Origin: Octopus vulgaris
Lineage: Eukaryota
Assembly: GCA_951406725.2 (NCBI GenBank)
Contig: OX597825.1
Coordinates: 23,560,001 to 23,624,000, forward strand
Length of the DNA stretch: 64,000 nt
Reading direction: 5' to 3'
The notes beneath the pieces are model-generated. The model ran no database searches and was not told the DNA's origin. It saw only the letters and a program-made list of their open reading frames with translations. Made by a program: the position numbers and the translations under genes. Shown here piece by piece: positions 1-12,520 of the stretch (position 1 is its first letter; every line of letters begins with the position of its first letter).

Positions 1-707
1 ATACGAAGTTTAAAATTTTCTAGTTACCTAGAAATCATGTTAAAAACTGCCGTTCAAACCGAAAAGATCCCTTAGCTTTATCACAAGACTTTTGATTTGT
101 ACCTTTGTCACAGAATCGTATTTCTTTAATAAACATTGGCATAAATCCAAAATTACTACGCGTTACATATCAATTAATGCACGTCAGAATTAAAAAGCTG
201 AAGTTGAACCAGGGAAGTTACGAAAAACAAAAATCAACAGCAACGAAACGAAAACAGCAAAAAACAACAACAAAATACACACAAACAAACAAACAAACAA
301 ACAAGCATGACGTTCTTCTCATATTTGTCGCCATCTTCTTTCATTTCGTTCAATAAAGACCAAGACCAGATCATCTGCGTTCGGAGGTCACGTGAGAATA
401 ATGGCTGACATTTGAGTAAAAAATCCTAAGTGACAATCTTCGGTATTTTATGGCGTAATAAATAAAATAGCGAGTTAATACGATGCTGGACAATGGTAAC
501 TAGAATTTAATGTTGATGGGAATTTTCGTTCTTCATTTCTTGTGTTTTTGGCTTTGGTTCTGTTGGGACTTAACGGTGTAATCCATTCATTAATATGCCG
601 GATTTGCGAACAGAAGAACGTCCATTTTGGTTGTTTGTTACTAATGAGTGGTGATTGATGGTGGAGTTGCTACGTGAGTGTGGAAAAGATGGACAAGCAA
701 CTGAATA

Positions 708-967
708 CGAGAGAGAGAGGGGGGATAGAGAGGCGGAGATAGAGGGAGAGAAAGAGTGAGCGAGAGAGAGAAGGAGAGAGAGAGAACGAGAGATAGAGAG
801 AGAGAGAACGAGAGATAGAGAGAGAGAGAACGAGAGAGAGAAGGAGAGAGAGAAAGAACGAAAGAGAGAAAGAGAGAGAGAGAAAGAACGAAAGAAAGAG
901 AGAGAGAGAGAAAGAACGAAAGAAAGAGAGAGTGAGAGAAAGAACGAGAGAGAGAAGGAGAAAAGAT

Positions 968-1002
<35 letters not shown>

Positions 1003-1003
1003 G

Positions 1004-1037
<34 letters not shown>

Positions 1038-1049
1038 ACGAGAAAAGAT

Positions 1050-1086
<37 letters not shown>

Positions 1087-1088
1087 CG
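708..1088. repeat. (GA)n-rich compound microsatellite with GAAC interruptions and two (TA)n tracts
   Basis: Direct reading; explains ORFs 932..1159 and 967..1368. Confidence 0.95.
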
Positions 1089-1449
1089 AAAGAATGAGGA
1101 ATGGTAGAGTGGTAGATGTTGATTCGATCAGGTCTGTTGGCCTTAATTCTCTGAAATGAGGCATGTAATGCGTTAGAAACCTGTCCGGTCCCATTAATGA
1201 AACAATTTGAACGTGCTTCTCCAATCCTCCACACATACGCTCAGACACACACACGCACACACACACAGAGGCAACCAAATAATCAGACACACACACAAGT
1301 ATACATATACACATATACGTTTCTACCAAAACATGTACATATAAAAAAACACATGCATACACACACATTATATGAAATGACCAGATATTACATTAGTCTC
1401 TGACTGTCCTTCTGCATCACCTCTTCCTCCCCCTCTCGCTCAATATTTC

Positions 1450-1610
1450 ACTCTTCTTCTTCTTCTTCTTCTTCTTCTTCTTCCATTCTTCTTCCATTCT
1501 TCTTCTTTTCTTCTTCTTCTTCTTCTTCTTCTTCTTCTTCTTCTCCTTCTTCTTCTCCTTCCTCTTCTCTCTCTCTCTCTTAATATTTCACTCTCCTTCT
1601 CTCTCTCTCT
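1450..1610. repeat. (CTT)n/(CT)n microsatellite
   Basis: Direct reading; source of poly-Arg ORF 1440..1640. Confidence 0.95.
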
Positions 1611-2409
1611 CACCACTTTCATTTTCACATTAACCAACACTGAAAACGATTCAGTTCCAACATGGAGGTATAAGCTTATCTCCCTCCACCACCAACCACT
1701 TGCACCTAAAGCCCCTAAGAAGAGGTGTGGGGGTGAAAAGCACTATATTGTACCCGGGTATTTTCTGGGATGTTATAAAATGTATATTTGTTTTAGCCAT
1801 CACGGTGAAAGCCATCCTAAAGCACCCCCATAAATAGCATTTCATTTTCTCTCTATAACACAAGTTTGCAGAATTTTGAAACGGAAAGGCTCCTGTTGAA
1901 TAGACAAGATTTCCTGGACCTTTTTTCGAGCTGAATCCAAATATGTTATTTTTGTTAAGAAACCAAGTCAAAATCTTGGTATACACATGTTGTGTGGACG
2001 CCTCCAGACAATGAAGTTGGCTAGCCCAATACGTAGATATAGAGGGAGAAGCCTAGACATCGACAGAGAGTAGCGGTGAGAGAAGAGAAGAGAAAAGTTG
2101 AGAAGGCATCCGAACGTGCGACATAACAACACACTACCCTGATTTTTCACAAGAAATGTAATTTTCATTGGTGTTTATCCTGATCTAGCTTTGGAGAAGT
2201 TGGCCAAAGTGTGAAAAATGCTTCATTATCAACTTTTTCCCTTGAGTTAAGTATAGTAAAATTATGAACGTATATAATTCTGTGCATAAAATAATAAAGG
2301 TGGCTTGATACAATATAAAACCAAACAGGAAGAATTCAACTATAATTAATTGGAACTGATGCTGTATTGTAGTACATACATTGCTAGAAATAAGAATTAA
2401 AGACCCTTA

Positions 2410-2672
2410 TAGCCTGAGAGACCTGAGAGATCTGCATGGGGTGGATGTAGGTGCCTTCAAAATAAAGCTGGACCTCTTCCTGTCAAGTGTCCCAGATGAA
2501 CCAACTTCGCGGCAGGAGGTGCAGATGAGGGCAGCCGCATCGAACTTTCTCATGCACCAAATATCAATAGCTAAAAAGCATTCGTGAAGTAAAATTATGT
2601 AGCAACACCAAATGGCGGTGCCCCAGCTTGGCCACAGCTTGTGAGCCGAAACTAGATGAAATTTAAAAAAAA
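2410..2672 (+). mobile_element. 3' end of CR1/L2-like LINE (ORF2 C-terminus plus 3' UTR), 5'-truncated
   Basis: Translation LRDLHGVDVGAFKIKLDLFLSSVPDEP matches the FKxxLDxFLxxxPDEP C-terminal motif of CR1-group ORF2; stop at 2585-2587, short UTR, A-rich end. Confidence 0.7.
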
Positions 2673-3176
2673 TAGCTACAAACCATAGCACAAGTCAATG
2701 TACTGACAGGGGAGTTAACCGCCCCATAGTGAGTGAAGGTACTAAATTGGCAAGCCAATTTTGCTTGAAATCAAAGCGTATCAGTAGTACTATTCCATTG
2801 CTTAATTTTGTGCATAGGTAGTTTAATAGAAGTAAGATTTCGACCAGAAACGGGGGTATTTTTTGCCCATGATAAAGAAAATACAAAAGGTGGCCTAGGA
2901 TCGGTTTATTCTATTGATTAATCGTCTTAACTCCTACTGCGAAACTTCTGACCTTGTACCAAAATTTGAAACCAATTATAGGAAACTTTCGATCATATTA
3001 TTCGAGGTGTGCTTTTTTTCTGAAGACGAGGGGATGATTTATAGGAAATTTGGTTACTATTTTTAGCAAGTGCGACACTCTACCTAAAGGTCGTTTGGTG
3101 GATGATGGAGGCGTTGAATAATTCCGCCTTAGGAGTCGAAATATGGAACAGCCTACTGTTATCTTTTATAGGTCCA

Positions 3177-3571
3177 CTAGCAGTATCGCCCGGCGTTGCT
3201 CGGATTTGTAAGGGAAATAACTATATATAGCATTTTTAGTTATAGCCAAAAAATAGCAAAAAAATGCATTAAAAATGGAAAAAAAAATGATGGTAAATTT
3301 TTTTTAAAATCGTTGACTCATCGTAGACATTTTTAGAGAGTTACTTCCCTTATATAATAGCGAAAAAATGCATTAAAATGGAAAAAAATGATAGTAATTT
3401 TTTTTTAAATCGTAGACTCATCGTAGACGCGCGCTAATACCCAGAAGGGCTCGATATGAATCACGACTATAAGATACCCGCTTTTGGTTAAACTGCACCG
3501 CAAAATGTGGGAGTAGTTAGGAATCTAAATCGTAGGAGACAGACACACAACTTCACTTTTATATATAAAGA
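3177..3571 (-). mobile_element. Non-autonomous Helitron family H1, copy 1
   Basis: Minus strand A|TCTTTATATATAAAAG...CCGAGCAACGCCGGG-CGATACTG-CTAG|T: 5'-TC, subterminal hairpin, 3'-CTAG, AT target, no TSD; three other copies in window. Confidence 0.9.
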
Positions 3572-3630
3572 TATCATAACTCTGCTGCTCTACGAAATAT
3601 TTAACTACACGCGCTTGTGTACACACACAG

Positions 3631-3665
<35 letters not shown>

Positions 3666-3981
3666 GGCGTACACATACTTATACACATACTTGCATACAT
3701 ACATTTATATATAGGAAGACAGATCGACGATAACAGGTGGAAGGAATGTGTTTATAAGGAAAATTTTATATACAAATCACATGATACGCAGCTCTTCGTG
3801 TAAATACATTCCTTGCGTCTGTTATTATTTATCTGTCTTTCGAGTTCCAAAACGGTTTCAAGGTGGTTGCCGTTCTACCCGACTCTCTGCCTATCCATTA
3901 CTATCGAATCATCAAGGTTCGTATATTACCGAGATCCACTTGGTGGTTATCAACACGAAATATTTGAGAATTTCTGCACAT

Positions 3982-4138
3982 AGGCGCAATCGTGGCTGAG
4001 TGGTAAGAAGTTTGCCTCCCAACCACATGGTTCTGGGTTCGGTCCCACTATGTGCAAATGCCTTCTTCTATAGCCTTGCTCATTCAAAACCGTGAAGGTG
4101 GATTTGATAGAGGGAAACTGAAAGAAGCCCGTCGTATG
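3982..4138 (+). mobile_element. SINE family A (tRNA-derived, OR/CORE-like), 5' half
   Basis: A box TGGCTGAGTGG, B box GGTTCGGTCCC; aligns to full copies at 12071 and 59549. Confidence 0.85.
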
Positions 4139-4254
4139 ATTGGTCGCTAGCCACTACACATTCTTTATTTTCTCTCCTTGTTTCTTTCTGTGGAAGAGCG
4201 TAGGCTCGAAACATTAACGACTTTTTCACTTCCCGAGCGTTAAACTAATACACC
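4139..4254 (+). mobile_element. Penelope-type pLTR fragment (family P2) with hammerhead-like motif
   Basis: CTGTGGAA-GAGC-GTAG-GCTC-GAAAC-ATT at 4188-4215; homologous to 30736-30912 and 40731-40880. Confidence 0.65.
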
Positions 4255-4718
4255 TGTTTCACTCATTAGACTATGGCCACGCTGGGGCAACGCCTTGAAA
4301 CGTTCCAATCAGAGAATCCACCCCAGAACTTATTTTCACATTATTTTTTAAAGCTTCGTACCTATTCTATCGGTAACTTCTGCCGAACCGCTTGTTAACC
4401 CGGACTTAAACACACCAACACCGGTTACCAAGCAGAGGTTGAGGGCAAACACAGACACAAAGACGCACACGTATATATATACGCAGAGGTATCTGTGTTG
4501 TAAGAAGCTTGCTTCCCAACCACGTGGTTCCAGGTTCAGTCCCACTGCGTGATACCTTGGGCAAATGTCTTCTACTATATCCTTGCGCCGACCAAAGCCT
4601 TGTGAGTGGATTTGGTAGACGGAAACTGGAAGAAGTCCGTCGTATAAATTCTCTGATTGGAACGTTTCAAGGCGTTGCCTCAGCGTGGCCATAGTCTAAT
4701 GACTGAAACAAATAGAAG
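4255..4718. mobile_element. Rearranged SINE A cluster: minus-strand tail (4255-4480), plus-strand head (4483-4645), inverted copy of tail (4648-4710)
   Basis: Matches family A consensus segments; 63-bp inverted repeat with 2 mismatches. Confidence 0.8.
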
Positions 4719-4756
4719 AAAACATTGAAAGATATGCTCTCAATATATATACGTGT

Positions 4757-4822
<66 letters not shown>

Positions 4823-5544
4823 ATGTGTGAGTGAGATAAAGAATACGAAGAAACGCTTCTCAGAGTCGGTAAAAAGAATAGAGATTCCTTTATACTTTTG
4901 TTTCTGTTTTTGTCGTCTTCCACAGATGAAATCTGAGGCCCCGAAACATAACCATATTATTTTCCACACGACTCATAAACTTAGAGGATTCACATATTTC
5001 TTTCTACAAACTAACGAACCTCTTGTTAATTACTGTTTGCGGCTAATTAAGGTATTGGAGTAGCACAAACTGTCGGGCATCGCAGTATTTAGTTTCCTCT
5101 TGAAACGTTCCGAGTAAATCCGATTAATTATGCAACAGCCATCTCTTTTGCAAATCGCTAACTTTGTGTCTCTGGGGAACCGCACTGTATAATTACCATT
5201 CCATTCATACACACTCTCAGTTCGATAATCAATCATACATTTCCTGCTCTAAATATGTGGACATGTGTTATTCACTCAACGTATGTCCGTGTGTCAAACA
5301 TGTAGTCATGTGACCACGATGCTTGTTGATTGGTTGAGTTTGTAAAGAGTTTCGGCCATTATTATTTAGCCGAACCGTCAAGTTACAGAGGCGTCTGTGG
5401 TGAGGAGTTTGCTTCCTAGCCACACGGTTCCGGGTTCAGTCCCAATGTGTGACACTTCTACTATAGTCAGTCCCGGGCCGACTAAAGCATTGTGAGATTG
5501 TGAGTGGATTTGGTAGGCGGAAACTGAAAGATGTACGTCTTATC

Positions 5545-5581
<37 letters not shown>

Positions 5582-5584
<3 letters not shown>

Positions 5585-5854
5585 CAAAAATAAGCAACAA
5601 GATTTGAAAGCTTTTATATTATTGGAAAACCTATATAAATTAGCTGAAGAGTACTCAGCATCTTAAATCTGCTGTAATATTTACAGCTTTTAATAAAATG
5701 TTGTAGTATGAAACAATTGTACTAAATTACCGGAATCATTCTTGCTGCTTATTTTTTATTATAATCACCCCGCAAATTTTTATGGGTAACACCATACAAA
5801 ATTCTGGTGCATCTAAATTAAGTACCATATTCATTTGAATCTAAATTGTTGCTG

Positions 5855-5858
<4 letters not shown>
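5582..5858 (+). mobile_element. Penelope-type pLTR fragment (family P1) inside (TA)n
   Basis: Flanked by (TA)n on both sides; 3' 170 bp homologous to 40980-41150; starts with a short inverted copy (AATCAAAAATAAGCAACAAGA) of an internal segment. Confidence 0.75.
5640..5725 (+). ncRNA. Minimal type-I hammerhead ribozyme motif
   Basis: TTAG-CTGAAGA-GTACT...AGTAT-GAAA-C-AATT-GTA-CTAA: stem I TTAG/CTAA, stem II GTACT/AGTAT, palindromic stem-III loop, GUA triplet. Confidence 0.7.
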
Positions 5859-5897
<39 letters not shown>

Positions 5898-6020
5898 GTG
5901 CGTATTTGTGTTTCTGTTTGTACCCCATCATCGCTTGACAACTGGTGTTGGTATGTTTACGTTCCCGTAACTTAGCGATTCGACAAAAGAGACCGACTGA
6001 ATAAGTACTGGAGTTGATTT

Positions 6021-6258
6021 AAAAAATAAATAAATGCGCCCTTTTTAAAGCCTAGCCAGGCTCATGGGCCCTGGTTTCCCGGTTTCTATGGCGTATGTGT
6101 TCCCCAGTTGGATGGGACGCCAGTCCATCGCAGCGTTACTCATTTTTGCCAGCTGAGTGGACTGGAGCAAACACAACACGTCGCCCGGTCCAAGAATCGC
6201 AACCACAATCTTACGATCATGGTGCTGACACCCTAACCGCTAAGCCACGCGCCTCCAC
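6021..6258 (-). mobile_element. SINE family C (tRNA head plus V-domain-like core)
   Basis: 13-bp TSD CTGGAGTTGATTT (6008-6020, 6259-6271); CTGCGATGGACTGGCGTCCC core; second copy at 49665. Confidence 0.9.
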
Positions 6259-6361
6259 CTGGAGTTGATTTGTTCGACTAAAACTCTTCAATAATAGACT
6301 CCAATCTTATCACGAACGTACACTGTCCAATGGATGGGGGACGTTTGCCAGTCAATATATA

Positions 6362-6682
6362 TGGCTTTCATCCTTTCGGGGGTCGATTAAATAAGTACCA
6401 GTTACGCACTGGGGTCAATGTAATCGACTTAATCCGTTTGTCTGTCCTTGTTCGTTCCCTCTCTGTGTTTAGCCCCTTGTGGGTAGTAAAGAAATAGGTA
6501 TTTCGTCTGCCGCTACGTTCTGAGTTCAAATTCCGCCGAGGTCGACTTTGCCTTTCATCCTTTAGGGGTCGATTAAATAAGTACCAGTTACGCTCTGGGT
6601 TTGATGTAATCTACTTAAATCCCTTGTCTGTCTTTGTTTGTCCCCTCTATGTTTAGCCCCCTGTGGGCAATAAAGAAATAAA
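6362..6682 (+). mobile_element. SINE family B (tRNA-derived, Meta-domain-like), tandem dimer
   Basis: Core GCCTTTCATCCTTTCGGGGTCGAT..AAGTACCAG, B box GAGTTCAAATTCC, tail GCCCCTTGTGGG..TAAAGAAATA. Confidence 0.9.
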
Positions 6683-7337
6683 TAACACTTCCCTACACTC
6701 ACACACACACCGCCACCACCACCACTATAGATATGTGATCACGTGCTAATGTGTGAAATCAATCCATTTGTTAGTTAGATTAGTTCACAGAAACAGTAGC
6801 ACAGTGGACTAAAGGCCTCAACGTGTTTTGTTTTCTATCTATCTGTCTTCTCATTAATAACTTTTGCCTCTTCATTAATATCTTTTGCAGACATCAAACA
6901 ACTATTTTCAGCTCTCCACGCGACGTTCTCTATTCATTGATAATTCCAATTACAAAGAAAAAAAAGAGAAAAAGAAAAAAGAGAAAGAAAAAACATGTAC
7001 CGTGTATTCCTCAGGTAGTAGGTTTATATTCCACGGGATCGCTAGTGTAAAGAAAACAGACACGAACAATCGAGGTAATTATGCAAAGAATGGCCAAGAT
7101 CAGAGAGAATGTATAATAATCTGATAAACACAAAGTACACATAATTACGCTAGACACAAACCAAACACACAACCGAATCAAAAGAGACATAATTAACCTG
7201 CAAGAACGGTAGACCTGTCTTCCTAATTTTATTGTTTGCTACGTACGTGAAGAGTTGGATATGTGGTTAGGGGTAGTCAGACAATGCCGGTCAAGGCGTG
7301 ATTTATGGTTCGTTATACGGTAAACGTCGGCTTGTCA

Positions 7338-7751
7338 TATTTCTTTATTGCCCACAAGGGGCTAAACATAGAGGGGACAAACAAGGACAGACAAAAGGAT
7401 TAAGTCGATTACATCGACCCCAGTGTGTAACTGGTACTTAATTTATCGACCCCGAAAGGAGGAAAGGCAAAGACGACCTTGGCGGAATTTGAACTCAGAA
7501 CGTAACGGCAGGACGAAATACCTGTTTCTTTACCACCCACAAGGGGCTAAACACAGAGTGGACAAACAAGGACAGACAAAGGGATTAAGTCGATTACATC
7601 GACCCCAGTGCGTAACGGGTACTTAATTTATCGTCCCCGAAAGGATGTAAGGCAAAGTCGACCTCGGCGGAATTTGAACTCAGAACGTAACAGCAGACGA
7701 TATACCGATTCGCATTTCGCCCGGCGTGCTAACGATTCTGCCAGCTCGCCT
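7338..7751 (-). mobile_element. SINE family B tandem dimer
   Basis: Two head-to-tail units; 5' head (GGCGAGCTGGCAG) only on the first. Confidence 0.9.
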
Positions 7752-9296
7752 GTCTAAGACTCTTAGATACCTTGGACAAGTGGCTTCAGTTAAAGCCACA
7801 GGCTGACCAATTCCTTGCGAGTAAATTTGATGAACGGAAACTGAGTGAAAGTCCCTCATATACATATCTTTATCTGTCAGTTTTTTGTTTGTTTTTTTTT
7901 CGTCACTTGACTGCGACCATAATGGGGCACGTCCTTGAAGAGTTTTAGTCGAACTGTCTGTGATGCTCTGGTGGTTGAATTAGAAGCAGCATTACGACCA
8001 CGCCGAAGCATACATTGTTCTGTCTCGCTTGCCCACAAGGAACGCAAAACGGAAGCATTTATTTTTGTTTTTCTATCGAAAATCTGTAATTAAATGAATC
8101 CTTAAAAAAATCAATTAAATTTACCCCGTTGCTGTTTGCAAGCGCTAAATATAATATTTCAACACAAAAAATTCCCCACAACGCTAAACCGCACAATTAT
8201 TTGCAATTGCATTGAAAGCACCAAATCGCACGTGGATGCGGAAAGTTGTGAATGAGCATTCACATCTCTAAGCTCGTGTGGACAGAACGTACTTCGAGAA
8301 AATCGATATTCTATCGACCAAAAGTGCAATTGTGATAAAATGTAAACGGCCAATGCAAACACCAGTGCACTGACAGGTAGCAGAAGGTAAAGGGTATTTC
8401 TAAGAAATATCACACTTAAGTGCGAAATTTAAGTAAAAAGAATGTGCAAATCGAAACGGTTTCTCTGAAAAGGAAAGACAGCCAAAACCGGGCTTCCTTT
8501 AGGAAAAAGGATGTTAGCATTAAAATTATCTTATATTAATTTGGAAGTAATGAAAATTCTTTATAAATAAAATTATTTAAGTCTATGTAACAGGAAGACT
8601 TTAAATGGAATATAGGGCTCGGCAATATGTGATGTTGATCGATAAAGTAGCAAACCTTGTGGATGAATAAGCTACCGGAACCAACTGAATAGTGCTTTTT
8701 TTTTAGAATGTAACCGATAAATTTGATCTGTAAAATTCGTAAATATGATAAGAAAAATTTGCCAAAATATCGTTCAGTTATGCTTACTGATAAAAAATAA
8801 CTCATCATTGGAAATGTTAATACTAATATTCCTTCTTCATGAATTGGAATTAAAGAATAAACAATGGGCATGTACGTGTCAAATCAAGTGAGCTACGCAA
8901 AAGTTGAAAAATACCGCTCATTTTTTGTTTTATTTAAGAAACTGTTAGCTAAAGTTTTAGATATTTGTCACCCAAATTTCCACGTTCAATTATCAATCAG
9001 TTTGTCGTTTCTATTAATTGAATTTTGTTGTGAGAAAATATTCACACAGTTGACTGATCGCCAATTAGTGCCATTTATTCGTAAAAGTTAATATTTTATT
9101 TCATTTTTATTTATTTAAAATATTTGCCTTGTCTTCTAACTCTTTTGTGCCAGCTTTTTTATTAAACACGGAATGACATGCCTGGTTGTACGTGTTCGAG
9201 TACAGTTCATTCTAGAATTATATCGATTTCTACTACAATCACATATGTTCTTTCATGAAATTGTTTAGAAAGCTTATTGCTATTAATGTTCTGATA

Positions 9297-9559
9297 CTGA
9301 ATGGACGAACATAGCGGCTGTTCGTACGTGATTTGCGGCATGATAGCCAATAAGCGCTATTGAAATTGGATTTTCCATCAAGATTTTGATTAAAAAACGG
9401 CAAATTTCATTATGAAACTAACGATTATGTTATGAAATTTAACTGATGCACTTACTGTGATGTCTTTATTCTATGTGTAAAATTCCAGCGCAATCAATTG
9501 AAAAATATGGCCGTCTTTTACACAAACACACAGATAGAACGGGATTTATATATTATAGA
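9297..9559 (-). mobile_element. Possible decayed non-autonomous Helitron
   Basis: Minus strand starts A|TCTATAATATATAAA; hairpin ACGAACA/TGTTCGT near 9306-9326; 3' CTAG not intact. Confidence 0.4.
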
Positions 9560-9780
9560 TATGAAATTGTAAGATTCAAAGATCTAGGTCTAGGGAGCTA
9601 GTGAGCTTTGAGCATTCCGTGGTAGGTATAAAAAAAGAACAAATTTCAGGAACAATAATAGTTTATTGGCGTAATAGTTGTAGGTTTTTTTTTTCCCATA
9701 TCGAAGTTCTATAAGCTAAAAAACAGGTTTTCTTATAATTCACGGTTAGCAACTAGGGTTGCTATGAATGCTAATGAAAA

Positions 9781-10119
9781 TCCAACAGAGGAAACGGAGC
9801 AGGTAAAATTCAGGATACATATATTTCCTAGCTAGCAGATCATCAGAAGTAATAACTACTCAGCGAGGGGAGTTCCACTAGCAACTCATCAGGCCAAAGA
9901 TATCTTAGTTATACGAAGGTTACATTATCGTTGAGGAATCCTTGCGGCGTGTTAATTTGGGATTCATTAACGACAATGTAACCTTCATACAACTATAGTA
10001 TCTTTGGCCTGATGAGTAGCTAGCGGAATATCGCCACGTTGTATAATTATTACTTCCGAGGATCTCCTAGCTAGAAAACATATGTAGCCTGAATTTTACC
10101 TGCTCCATTCCCTCAATTT

Positions 10120-10122
<3 letters not shown>
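9781..10122. repeat. About 340-bp imperfect fold-back: two inverted copies of a hammerhead-bearing unit (family P3)
   Basis: Arms GGAGCAGGTAAAATTCAGG.../...CCTGAATTTTACCTGCTCC pair along their length; centre near 9945-9958. Confidence 0.85.
10006..10089 (+). ncRNA. Type-I hammerhead ribozyme motif (right arm of fold-back)
   Basis: GGC-CTGATGA-GTAGCTAG...CTAGCTA-GAAAA-C-ATAT-GTA-GCC; mirror copy on the minus strand at 9813-9895. Confidence 0.65.
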
Positions 10123-10182
<60 letters not shown>

Positions 10183-10184
<2 letters not shown>

Positions 10185-10360
10185 AGTTAATCCAAATATG
10201 AAAACACAAAGAGAAAACACAACAACGCGAGGACGTGGAACAAGTATAGTGTTGTTGGACACTCAGGAAAGGAAAGAAAGAAGGAGGATTCAACGTTTCG
10301 AGCGGAGCTCTTCGTCAGAAACAGTAAAAGGAAAGATTCAAGGAAGGGAAGACGGGGGAA
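10183..10360 (-). mobile_element. Penelope-type pLTR fragment with minimal hammerhead motif
   Basis: Minus strand CTGACGAA-GAGC-TCC-GCTC-GAAAC-GTT at 10292-10318; lies between (CA)n and (TA)n. Confidence 0.65.
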
Positions 10361-10441
<81 letters not shown>

Positions 10442-10995
10442 TGTATTAGCAACACACCCATGCCTAAGTTCAATTTGTTAAAATACGGAATACTTCACAA
10501 ATTTGTTTTTCATTCTTAATACAACGTAGATAATTATATCATTGGCCTCGGAAGATGGATATCAAAATTATATATATATAATGTTGATAACATAATTTTC
10601 GTCTCTGGAACAGAGATATGTATCGTTTCTATAGTCGCGAGAGTTTATAAATGCCCCTCGAACGATTTGATGTATATCGTTGATAACTGCGTGGTAGGGC
10701 CTGCAAAAAATCTCAGGATATATTCACAAGCCTAGGGAGAAGAATGGGATTTGAAGGAGATTTGGCTGCTATGCTTTCGCAGTTCGACACGTTAAGTGAG
10801 GTTGATGAGATTAATGTAAAATATATTCTGATTGTGATTTAACGAAGCAAAAATTCAACACAATATCTAGAATAGTAATTGTGATATAACAACGAAGAAG
10901 AACAAGAAGAACGGCTGCGTTATCTTTAAAATGAAGTTTCAGATATCATAAAAGGCACGTACACAGACACAGACACAGACACAGACACACACACA

Positions 10996-11077
<82 letters not shown>

Positions 11078-11352
11078 TAGAAAGCAGAGGAAGTAAGAGG
11101 GAAATGTTTTTGAAGTAATCTAGATTGGAAAGATATACATCTGACATGAATATATTTAAAAAAAAAAAAGAATTTTGATTGTCAACTGATTTTAAAAATG
11201 TAACAACGAAAAACATTATGGATGATCAAAGTGATCATAAATGGAAGATATACTTTAATAAAATACAGCAATGAGAAATACGCGTATAGAATCATATATC
11301 ATACACAAATACACACATAAATACGCATACATGCGTCGTACATAAATACCTA

Positions 11353-11404
<52 letters not shown>

Positions 11405-11581
11405 GAGACCCGAGTTCACATAGTTTCTGCCAGATTTGATAACAGTATAAAAATATATGGAATTTAATACAAATACGTAATGTGTGTGCGTGTTTGCTTG
11501 TTTGTTTGTGTGTGTATGTGTGTATGTGCAAGTGTGTGTGTATGTGAATGTGTGTGCGCGCGTGCGTATATGTGTGCGTGC

Positions 11582-11642
<61 letters not shown>

Positions 11643-12070
11643 TTATCTATCTATTTGTCTGTCTGTTTCTGTCTGTCATTTTTGTACACACACACACATA
11701 CACACACACTTACACATACACACACATACACACTTACACACACATTCACTCACATACACACACACACATAAATACACACACACTTACACATACACACACA
11801 CACACACACTTACACATACACACACACACATACACACACTCACACAGACGTACACACACGCACACTTACACACACATACACTCACTTACACATACACATA
11901 ATACACACACACACAGACACAGACACACACTTACAATACACACAGACGTATCTGAAATAACAACAGATTTTCTATCGTGGTTACAATCTGCGTAATAGTA
12001 ATCATCTGATAAAGCTTTCTAATTCAAATATGTTTTTGAAAAAAATAGAAAAAGAAAACAAAAGAAAAAT

Positions 12071-12250
12071 GTGGCTGTGTGGTAAGTAGCTTGCTTACCA
12101 ACCACATGGTTCTGGGTTCAGTCTCACTGCATGGCACCTTGAGCAAGTGTCTTCAACTATAGCTTCGGGCCGCCCAAAGCCTTGTGAGTGGATTTGGTAG
12201 ACGGAAACTGAAAGAAGCCCGTCGTATATATGTATATATATGCGTGTGTG

Positions 12251-12304
<54 letters not shown>

Positions 12305-12520
12305 TGTTTGTGTGTCTGTTTTTGTCCCCCTAGCATTGCTTGACAACCGATGCTGGCGTGTTTATGTCCCTGTCACTTAGCGGTTCGGCAAAAAAGACCG
12401 ATAGAATAAGTAATGGATTTACAAAGAATAAGTCCCGAGGTAGATTTGCTCGACTAAAGGCGGTGCTCCAGCATGGCCGCAGTGAAATGACTGAAACAAG
12501 TAAAAGAGTAAAAGAGAATA
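12071..12520 (+). mobile_element. SINE family A, near full length with internal (TG)n
   Basis: A/B boxes, GGCACCTTGAGCAAGT core, tail GGCGGTGCTCCAGCATGGCC..GAAACAAG(TAAAAGAG)n. Confidence 0.92.

Larger units (their letters stand above)
5388..6295 (+). mobile_element. SINE family A host copy with two nested insertions
   Basis: Head 5388-5545, body resumes about 5895, tail resumes after 6258. Confidence 0.8.

Noticed and set aside
1650-2260. Possible DNA transposon relic (likewise 8000-9130)
   Set aside because: Composition is suggestive, but I found no TIR pair, ORF or second copy
652-7308. Pbx/Hox composite sites TGATTGATGG (652) and TGATTTATGG (7299), and other TAAT-rich unique islands
   Set aside because: A few TGATNNATGG matches are expected by chance in 64 kb of AT-rich DNA; no conservation data
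12071-12140. tRNA-like A/B boxes as tRNA genes
   Set aside because: They are SINE heads followed by SINE bodies; no complete cloverleaf
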